A model generated the notes under the pieces. That model saw only the letters and a list, made by a program, of their open reading frames with translations. It was not told where the DNA came from and did no database searches. From a virus, in IMG/VR virus record IMGVR_UViG_3300045988_147631, positions 1 to 38,568 of that record: DNA of 38,568 nt; one strand, 5' to 3'. The position numbers were made by a program, and so were the translations under genes. Shown in pieces: positions 27,051-33,243 of the stretch; position 1 is the stretch's first letter, and each line of letters opens with the position of its first letter.

Positions 27051-27199
27051 AAATATCAACTACCTTGATTACATAATACATTATTTTAAATTATATGTCA
27101 ACTACTTTTAAACAATATATAAACTATTTTTTTATTTTTTTGTTTTTACATAGTTTTTCTAACAATATTCCAACCATTTTCAAACAATATATCAACTAT
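27051..27199. repeat. Iteron array (parC-like centromere and/or plasmid origin)
   Basis: Minus-strand TAGTTGAYAT-type repeats at plus coordinates 27053-63, 27093-105, 27110-27 and 27182-99, with a degenerate copy at 27161-77. An adjacent T-rich tract lies at 27127-27147. Confidence 0.55.
27073..27101 (-). promoter_or_regulatory. Candidate parMR promoter embedded in an iteron (TTGACA-17-TATTAT, TG-extended)
   Basis: The -35 is the complement of 27096-27101 and the -10 is the complement of 27073-27078. Confidence 0.45.
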
Positions 27200-27245
27200 A
27201 CTTAAAATTAAAAATATTTATAGAATAATTTCAATGGATTTTTAG

Positions 27246-28496
27246 CTATTCAGCTACTACATATTCTATTTCTACATTAAGCTCTGCTTGTTTTACAACA
27301 TTTTTAATTATATACTCATATCTTTTTACAAGAACATCTTTCGTAAACGAATTTGGACAAACAATGAATAGCTCATTAGCATTAAGCTTAAAATCTAATC
27401 CAGCTATCCAAGTTTTAAACTGTATATCAGTCATATCTTTTTTTAGCAATTCTTTTAGTTCATTTACATTTTCGCCAGCATTAATTTTATTGTGAACTTC
27501 TTCAGCAGTATTCTTGTCATTAATCATATCTTCTAAAATATTCTCGTTAATTGTATCTTCAAATTCTTTTTCTTTTCTAGCTTCATCTTTAGCTTTTAAC
27601 GCATTATTCTTTTTTGTTTTATTTTCATCTTTGAAGTTTTCTATAGAACTGTTTAGAGCATCTACAGTTGTTATATCTTCGCTTATATATCTATCTATAG
27701 TCTTTTGAAAGTAAGAAAATGATTTTGCGTTTCTTTCTTCACAATAAGCTATTATAGCTTCTATAAATTCTTTGTCATATTTTTCTACATATTTCATAAA
27801 CTTAATTGTAGTAGTTTTTTTCAGTTCACATATAGAATCATTAAATAATTCTACTAATGGATGAATCGAATCAGGGGTTTCACCCTTACTACTACTACTA
27901 GATTCAGTATTGGTTGAAAAATTAGTATTTGTATTATTAGTATTAGTTGTGTCTGTTTTCCTAGTTTTAGGTTTCCTACTTTTAGATTTTTGGATAGTAG
28001 GTTTTTTTTCATAATTTTTTTCTACTTTCTGATTTTCGGAAAGTAGTGTAACTTCTCTATTTATCACGATTGGCACATATCTTTCGAAATTTCCTAAAAC
28101 AACTTTTTTATATATTATTTTTCCTTCTTCGTCATAAGCATAAGTTTCTTTTACAGAAGAAATTAACTCATCATCAGCGAATGGTGTTTCTGAAACTAAA
28201 GTTTCCCAGTGGTGAACAGAACCTGTTTTTTTGTTGAACACTCTATATCTTTGAATATATTTCTTTTCTTTTAGTTCAAGTAGTCCGGTTCTTACGCTTT
28301 CTTTACCATCTATACCTTCTCTAATTAAATCTGAATTATATACCTCCCAATCGTCTGGTTTTGACAATATGTAAGTTAAAATTCCTAACGCCTTATAAGA
28401 AAGTTGTTTATTATTAATTAACTCATTTAATATTTGAGAAAAAGCTCTTTCTTTTTTTACTCTTCTTATTATTCCAGTGTCTTTATTTTTTTCCAT
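27246..28496 (-). CDS. Plasmid-type replication initiator: N-terminal winged helix, central DnaD-like domain, C-terminal DnaA-domain-I-like segment
   Basis: LSYKALGILTYILSKPDDWEV...LLELKEKKYI (wHTH). SFSYFQKTIDRYISEDITT (DnaD-like). FKTWIAGL...LFIVCPNSFTKDVLVKRYEYII (DnaA N-terminal-like). RBS AAGGAGG. Confidence 0.65.
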   Translation of the reverse strand: MEKNKDTGIIRRVKKERAFSQILNELINNKQLSYKALGILTYILSKPDDWEVYNSDLIREGIDGKESVRTGLLELKEKKYIQRYRVFNKKTGSVHHWETLVSETPFADDELISSVKETYAYDEEGKIIYKKVVLGNFERYVPIVINREVTLLSENQKVEKNYEKKPTIQKSKSRKPKTRKTDTTNTNNTNTNFSTNTESSSSSKGETPDSIHPLVELFNDSICELKKTTTIKFMKYVEKYDKEFIEAIIAYCEERNAKSFSYFQKTIDRYISEDITTVDALNSSIENFKDENKTKKNNALKAKDEARKEKEFEDTINENILEDMINDKNTAEEVHNKINAGENVNELKELLKKDMTDIQFKTWIAGLDFKLNANELFIVCPNSFTKDVLVKRYEYIIKNVVKQAELNVEIEYVVAE

Positions 28497-28552
28497 AAAA
28501 AATACCTCCTTAAAAAAACATAAAAAAGTTTCCCTAAGAAGGCTTTAAATCC

Positions 28553-28581
28553 TTGACTAAATTAAGTATTATATATATAAT
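28553..28581 (+). promoter_or_regulatory. Near-consensus promoter TTGACT-17-TATAAT for a countertranscript
   Basis: TTGACT at 28553-58 and TATAAT at 28576-81, counted by hand. Confidence 0.45.
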
Positions 28582-28587
28582 AAATAC

Positions 28588-28675
28588 ATAATTTATAAGT
28601 TTAAAAAACCTTATTAGGTGTGAGCCCTTTAAGTTGAACTTCTTGGCGGGAGAGTAACTTAAAGGGTCCTTTTTT
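28588..28675 (+). ncRNA. Candidate ~85-90-nt antisense RNA complementary to the rep leader
   Basis: The promoter above plus an 11-bp stem CCCTTTAAGTT/AACTTAAAGGG (28625-35/28656-66) and T6 (28670-75). No ORF. Confidence 0.4.
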
Positions 28676-28721
28676 ATATTTAATTTTATTTGTTAATCTA
28701 ATTTTTTGATTTATAGGCATA

Positions 28722-28750
28722 ATTGTAGCTTATATTCCAAAAATTATCAA
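28722..28750 (-). promoter_or_regulatory. Candidate rep promoter (TTGATA-17-TACAAT)
   Basis: The -35 is the complement of 28745-50 and the -10 is the complement of 28722-27. This gives a leader of about 220 nt that spans the countertranscript. Confidence 0.4.
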
Positions 28751-28787
28751 CAGAAAAAAATATTTTTTTTTGAATTTATCCACAAAA

Positions 28788-28815
28788 AAGTGTATCTTGA
28801 TACAAAGATACACTT
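28788..28815. terminator. Bidirectional terminator
   Basis: AAGTGTATCTT/AAGATACACTT stem flanked by A6 and a T-rich run. Confidence 0.55.
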
Positions 28816-28937
28816 TATTTTTTTTCTATTTTAAAATCCTTTAAGGCTTCATATAGCTTTATTACGACTTCTTTATTTTCTTTGCTTTCTAAATTGAAAT
28901 TGTATTTTGAATTTGTCCTGCCAGCGAGCCGGTCCAA
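28815..28937 (-). pseudogene. Start-less remnant resembling the C-terminal end of an XRE-family regulator
   Basis: The open frame reads ...NLNQVSLDRLAGRTNSKYNF...KDFKIEKK with no ATG or RBS. VSLDxLxGR is the usual end of an HTH_3 domain. Confidence 0.3.
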
Positions 28938-28963
28938 AGATACCTGATTTAAATTAGTAAGTA

Positions 28964-29173
28964 TTACTTTCCATAATCATATAAATTAGCAAGAAAAATA
29001 AACAAGTCTACTGGATCTATTTCTAATATTGAAGACAGATTTAATATTAAATCTACACTTATAGTCTTTGTTTTTCTATTTTCTATCTTAGACATGTAAG
29101 ATTGAGATACATTTAACTTCTTTGATAATTCTAGTTGAGTTATTTTCTTTTTATTTCGAGCATTTTTAATCAT
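28964..29173 (-). CDS. Small XRE-family HTH protein (69 aa): second repressor or Cop-like replicon regulator
   Basis: ITQLELSKKLNVSQSYMSKIENRK HTH. The internal ATG 29173 has an AAGGGG RBS. The track ATG 29209 has none. Confidence 0.6.
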   Translation of the reverse strand: MIKNARNKKKITQLELSKKLNVSQSYMSKIENRKTKTISVDLILNLSSILEIDPVDLFIFLANLYDYGK

Positions 29174-29321
29174 TAATCCCCTTAAAAACTTTTCGACAAA
29201 ATACGCCATAATATGACGTGGAAAATAGTGTTTATAGGTATAATTTTAATTAAATTATGACATTTTACAATAGAATTAAGAAATTACATAGAATTACCAC
29301 AATTTGAAATTTTTTTGTCGA

Positions 29322-29347
29322 AATATTCCTGGAGGGAATATTTTTTT
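29322..29347 (+). terminator. Plus-strand hairpin plus T-run in the regulatory spacer
   Basis: AATATTCC-TGGAG-GGAATATT followed by T5. Confidence 0.35.
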
Positions 29348-29387
29348 GTATTATAATACATTCAGAAAAGAAAAAAACTTTTACATA

Positions 29388-29416
29388 TTGAACATATGTT
29401 TGTACAGGTATATAAT
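29388..29416 (+). promoter_or_regulatory. Promoter TTGAAC-17-TATAAT
   Basis: TTGAAC at 29388-93 and TATAAT at 29411-16. Confidence 0.45.
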
Positions 29417-29447
29417 CTAAATTAAGAATAAATGGAGAGTGTTTGGC

Positions 29448-29546
29448 ATGAAGGAAAAGAATATTGATGAAATAATAATAAAGCTGTTAAAAATTCAAAT
29501 GAATTGTAAAAATAAAAATGAATTAGAAAAGAAATCTTTAAGATAA
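29448..29546 (+). CDS. Small ORF (32 aa), paralogous to the uORF at 30192
   Basis: GGAGAG RBS. DEIIIKLLKIQMNCKNKNE versus TEILIKLMEIQNRIKGEKNE. Ends at a bidirectional terminator. Confidence 0.3.
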   Translation: MKEKNIDEIIIKLLKIQMNCKNKNELEKKSLR

Positions 29547-29552
29547 AATAAA

Positions 29553-29578
29553 AAGAACACTAAAATAGTGTTCTTTTT
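29553..29578. terminator. Bidirectional terminator (convergent small ORF and CI-like gene)
   Basis: AAGAACACTA/TAGTGTTCTT stem flanked by A- and T-runs. Confidence 0.55.
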
Positions 29579-29939
29579 ATTTTGATTTTTTCATTTGTAG
29601 CTTCAATTGAATTTCTAAACTCAAACTTTCCCAAATTAAAGATTTGATTTTATCATCAATATTTTCATCTTTAATTTGACCTTTTTCTATCAATGAATCT
29701 ATTAATAAGTTTGTAGTTTCTAACGTAGATAGTTTAGAGATAGTTTCTTCCCCTATAAGATCAGCAAGAGGCTTTCTAAAGTATTCCACTAATTTTTTAC
29801 TGTTTGCCTTAGAAGGCATTCTAGTTCCAGTTTCCAAAGAAGCTAAAGTGCTTCTACTTATCCCAATAGCCTTACTATATTCTTCTTGGGTCATACACTT
29901 ACTTTCCCTATCTGTTTTTAAAAACTTAGCTAATGACAT
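29577..29939 (-). CDS. CI-like XRE-family repressor
   Basis: MTQEEYSKAIGISRSTLASLETG HTH plus a C-terminal helical domain. Divergent from the Cro-like gene. Confidence 0.7.
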   Translation of the reverse strand: MSLAKFLKTDRESKCMTQEEYSKAIGISRSTLASLETGTRMPSKANSKKLVEYFRKPLADLIGEETISKLSTLETTNLLIDSLIEKGQIKDENIDDKIKSLIWESLSLEIQLKLQMKKSK

Positions 29940-30136
29940 TATATCATTCCTTTCTTTTTTTTAAGAATATCATAAATAAAAGAAAAAATCAAACAAATGC
30001 AAGCAAAAACGGACAAAAAACTGTTGGAACTTTTGTAAGAAAATATAAAAAAATAATTATAAATAGAGATAAAAAGAGAAAAAATAAGAATAAAAGAGTT
30101 AAACTCATATAATCACAAAAGGGTAATAGTGATGAA

Positions 30137-30156
30137 ATTTGTCCGAATTTGTCCGA
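30137..30156 (+). repeat. Perfect tandem 10-bp repeat ATTTGTCCGA x2 (operator candidate)
   Basis: Read directly. Overlaps the -35 and spacer of the rightward early promoter. Confidence 0.6.
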
Positions 30157-30168
30157 ATATGTTACACT
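30139..30168 (+). promoter_or_regulatory. Candidate early rightward promoter (TTGTCC-18-TACACT, TG-extended)
   Basis: TTGTCC at 30139-44 and TGTTACACT at 30160-68. Confidence 0.4.
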
Positions 30169-30191
30169 GTATTTAAAAGTGAGGTGAATTT

Positions 30192-30272
30192 ATGACAGAA
30201 ATTTTAATTAAATTGATGGAAATACAAAATAGAATCAAAGGAGAAAAAAATGAAAAAACTAGAAAGAACTAA
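30192..30272 (+). CDS. Upstream small ORF (26 aa) overlapping the cro-like start
   Basis: GAGGTG RBS 6 nt upstream. Stops 23 nt past the cro-like ATG, in another frame. Confidence 0.3.
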   Translation: MTEILIKLMEIQNRIKGEKNEKTRKN

Positions 30273-30474
30273 AAAACTTTCTAAAACTTTAGAATATGAA
30301 AGAATTAAAAGGGGTATGACCCATGAAGAGTTTGCTGAATTTCTAGGAGTGCCTAGGAGTTCAGTAACTGCCTATATTATAGGGAAACGACTTCCAGGAG
30401 CTAAAAGATTGCGAAAGATGTCGAAACTTCTAAATATAGATATAGCAAAGTTGCTTATTATAGATGAAGATTAG
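30250..30474 (+). CDS. Cro-like XRE-family HTH protein
   Basis: MTHEEFAEFLGVPRSSVTAYIIGKR HTH. First gene of the rightward operon. Confidence 0.7.
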   Translation: MKKLERTKKLSKTLEYERIKRGMTHEEFAEFLGVPRSSVTAYIIGKRLPGAKRLRKMSKLLNIDIAKLLIIDED

Positions 30475-30501
30475 GGGAAAATTAAATAGGAGGAAATAAA
30501 A

Positions 30502-31314
30502 ATGGAAAATTTAAAACATGGTTCAAAAAAACTAAATGCAAAAGTTAAAGGACTAGTAAATATATATGGAATGAAATTCCACGATATAGAAGGAGGATTA
30601 GGTGAAGGTAAAAAGGCAATGTTAGTTAAAGAGATTGCTGAAATACACGGAAGAGAATTAAAAGATATAAATAGAAACATAAATAAGAATATTAAAAGAT
30701 TTACTAAAGGTATTGATATTGTTGATTTAAAAGGAACAGAATTCGAGGTGATTTTAAACCACCACGGAATTTATACTCAAAATGCAATAAACAGAAGTGA
30801 AAATATCTACTTATTATCAGAAAGAGGTTACTCAAAGCTTCTTAAAATCCTAGAAGATGATTTTGCATGGGAACAATACGATAAGTTGGTTGATGGATAT
30901 TTTAATATGAGAGAACAAGTTAATAGTGGACAAGCTATTAATACTTCAAAGTTATCTAAAGAGCTTCAAGCAATTTTAATGTTAGATGAAAAAACAGTTG
31001 AAATAGATAATAGATTAACTTCACTAGAGGAAAGAATGACAATTGAAACTGGAGCGCAAAAAGTTTTACAAGACTTAGTTAATAAAAAAGTAATAACTGC
31101 TCTAGGAGGGAAAGATAGTCCAGCTTACGGAGAATTAGGGAATAAGGCGTTTAGACAATGCTGGAAGAACTTTAAGGATATTTTACAAGTTGCTTCTTAT
31201 AAAGATACCCCAGTAAAAGATTTTGAGTTAGCTAAGAAAGTAATAATAGATTGGCAACCTAATAGAGAATTGGAGCTAATGATTAGAGGTTGCAATGCTC
31301 AAATGAGGATGTAG
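30502..31314 (+). CDS. Antirepressor-like protein (ORF6N-type N-terminal and ORF6C-type C-terminal domains)
   Basis: VKEIAEIHGRELKDINRNINKNIKRF...LLSERGYSKLLKIL. Position directly after cro. Confidence 0.55.
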   Translation: MENLKHGSKKLNAKVKGLVNIYGMKFHDIEGGLGEGKKAMLVKEIAEIHGRELKDINRNINKNIKRFTKGIDIVDLKGTEFEVILNHHGIYTQNAINRSENIYLLSERGYSKLLKILEDDFAWEQYDKLVDGYFNMREQVNSGQAINTSKLSKELQAILMLDEKTVEIDNRLTSLEERMTIETGAQKVLQDLVNKKVITALGGKDSPAYGELGNKAFRQCWKNFKDILQVASYKDTPVKDFELAKKVIIDWQPNRELELMIRGCNAQMRM

Positions 31315-31326
31315 GAGGAATATAGA

Positions 31327-31560
31327 ACGAATAAATGTCCAAGATGTGAAAGTGAAATATCAAAAGAAGAATACAAGTATTGTCCAATATGCAGATATGT
31401 TTTGCGTTGTCAGACAAAAGACGAATCAGTGGAAATACTAAACTCTTTGCTATTACATTATAAAAATTACGAGTGTGAAAATGCCAAAGAAGAAGAAGGT
31501 AAAATGATGATAGTAGGGGCTTTAAGTGTTGCTATTAGTGCATTAAAAAGAACTGTTTAA
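31327..31560 (+). CDS. Zinc-ribbon protein lacking a canonical start (ACG at the ideal SD spacing)
   Basis: The frame is open from 31315 to TAA 31558-60 and encodes CPRC...CPIC. AGGAGG lies at 31313-18. The first ATG in frame is at 31504. Confidence 0.35.
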   Translation, partial: TNKCPRCESEISKEEYKYCPICRYVLRCQTKDESVEILNSLLLHYKNYECENAKEEEGKMMIVGALSVAISALKRTV

Positions 31561-31627
31561 TAAGTAACAATTCAAGAGAAGTCTAAGTTGTTGGGTTAAA
31601 GGGAATAAAGAAAATTAGGAGGTAATC

Positions 31628-31807
31628 ATGAAAGAATTAAGAGAGAAACTTCATAAAGCTATTGATGAATATGGACTGACTGATGAAAGAACTATTGCTA
31701 TTGGTCAAAAGTTGGACAAGGTAGTTTGCAAAGTTCAAAAATTAATTGCAGAAGAAGGATTAGACTATATAGAAGCTATAGAAAAAGCAAAAGAATTGAT
31801 AGCATGA
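31628..31807 (+). CDS. Spo0E-family-like aspartyl-phosphate phosphatase candidate (59 aa)
   Basis: MKELREKLHKAIDEYGLTDERTIAIGQKLDKVV resembles the Spo0E/YisI/YnzD helix-hairpin with an SQ(E/K)LD-type motif. RBS AGGAGG. Confidence 0.45.
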   Translation: MKELREKLHKAIDEYGLTDERTIAIGQKLDKVVCKVQKLIAEEGLDYIEAIEKAKELIA

Positions 31808-31843
31808 CAGAAAATTAATAATTGAAATTAAGGAGCATTTAAA

Positions 31844-32350
31844 ATGAATATCTTATTAGAAAATGATTTACACGAAGCAAAAAAAGAATTTAAAGTAACT
31901 GACCTACAAAGCGCTACGTGGGTATTAAGAAAGCTAAGAGCATTAAATAAAAAAGCTGATGAAATTAATGCAGTTGCGGTTGAGGAAATAACAAGAATCA
32001 ATGAGTGGGCTGAAAAAGAAGTTAAGGCGTTAAATAATGATAAAGCATATTTTGAAGGTTTATTAACTGCTTATTACTTAGAAGAAAGAGCTAAGGATAA
32101 AAAATTTAAGTTATCGACTCCATTTGGCGGATTAACTACAAGAAAGTCAAAAAAATACATTTACGAAGATGAACAAGCGATAATTGATTACTGCAATACG
32201 AATGAAATTGATGTAATCAGAGTTAAAGAAGAGTTAGACAAGGCTTCATTTAAGCAACTTTGCAAAGATGGTGTAAATCAAGAAACTGGTGAAATTGTTC
32301 CTGGAGTAAGAGTAGAAACTGTAGAGAACATAAGTATTAAAGTTGAATAG
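31844..32350 (+). CDS. Gam-like host-nuclease inhibitor candidate
   Basis: Coiled-coil N-terminal half. Position immediately upstream of the ERF recombinase. Confidence 0.4.
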   Translation: MNILLENDLHEAKKEFKVTDLQSATWVLRKLRALNKKADEINAVAVEEITRINEWAEKEVKALNNDKAYFEGLLTAYYLEERAKDKKFKLSTPFGGLTTRKSKKYIYEDEQAIIDYCNTNEIDVIRVKEELDKASFKQLCKDGVNQETGEIVPGVRVETVENISIKVE

Positions 32351-32363
32351 GAGTATTAAAAAA

Positions 32364-32942
32364 ATGAATGTATTTGAGAAATTGCAGTCAGCAAGGGTCG
32401 AACTGCAAGAGTGTGAAATCAAGAAAAGTGGTAGCAATAAGTTTAGTGGATATGATTATTTTGAACTTGGGGATATATTACCGCACATAAATATACTTAT
32501 GAATAAATATAAGTTATGCAGTAGCATTTCATATGGTACGGATATAGCAACGCTGACTATAACTAATAGCGAGAAGCTAGAGGAAAAAATAATATTTACT
32601 TCCCCTATGGCACAAGCAACCTTAAAAGGGTGTCATGATATTCAAAATCTAGGAGCAGTTCAAAGTTATTTAAGAAGATACTTATATTTAACTGCTTTTG
32701 AAATTGTAGAAGCTGACGTATTAGACGCAACTACTGGCAAAGAAAATAAAGACAATAAATATACTTTATCAGCCGCTCAAATCAATCGATTATTTGCAAT
32801 AGGTAGCAAAGTAGGAAAGACACCAAAGGCAATAACTGAAACTGCTATAAGAGATTATAAAGTAAAAGAGTTAAAAGAAATGACAAAGGAACAATATGAC
32901 GAGATTTGTAGCAAATTAGAAGCGTTAGGGGCTAAAAAGTAA
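32364..32942 (+). CDS. ERF-family single-strand annealing protein
   Basis: MNVFEKLQSARVELQ...KKSGSNKFSGYDYFELGDILPHIN pattern. ATG 32364 follows GGAG. Confidence 0.65.
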   Translation: MNVFEKLQSARVELQECEIKKSGSNKFSGYDYFELGDILPHINILMNKYKLCSSISYGTDIATLTITNSEKLEEKIIFTSPMAQATLKGCHDIQNLGAVQSYLRRYLYLTAFEIVEADVLDATTGKENKDNKYTLSAAQINRLFAIGSKVGKTPKAITETAIRDYKVKELKEMTKEQYDEICSKLEALGAKK

Positions 32943-33232
32943 TGGCTAATTCAATTAAGTTAGATTGGAGAAACCAAGAAATAAAATACATAGCTGGCAC
33001 AGATGTTGAACTTACTACAGAGGATAGAACAGAAACAGTCATATTGGGAAATGAAGAATTTGAAAATTTAATTGATGATTATAGGAACAGTATTGGAGAA
33101 AAAACATTTAGCGAATTAGAAGATATGATCCTGAAGTTAGAAGTTGAATTAGAAAATTTAAATGAAATTATAGAGGAGAAGGAAAGACTAGAGGATGTTA
33201 GAAGAGAAAGATATTTTAGTCCTTCTTACTAG
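32942..33232 (+). CDS. Hypothetical acidic protein
   Basis: ORF whose start overlaps the upstream stop (TAATG). Confidence 0.5.
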   Translation: MANSIKLDWRNQEIKYIAGTDVELTTEDRTETVILGNEEFENLIDDYRNSIGEKTFSELEDMILKLEVELENLNEIIEEKERLEDVRRERYFSPSY

Positions 33233-33243
33233 AGGTAGTTAGT

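Noticed and set aside
25748-30168. ATATGTTA(Y)AC motif shared by 25748-25760, 25781-25793 (inverse) and 30157-30168 as a repressor operator
   Set aside because: In two of the cases it coincides with a TG-extended -10 element (TGTTATACT, TGTTACACT), and in the third with the loop of a terminator hairpin. The similarity is more simply explained by promoter consensus and the palindrome AACATATGTT.
31312-31314. Genome-wide TAG stop-codon reassignment as an explanation for the in-frame ORF after the antirepressor
   Set aside because: TAG clearly terminates other well-defined genes, followed by start codons of the next genes: terS at 4408-4410, HNH at 3800-3802 and the chaperone at 11635-11637.
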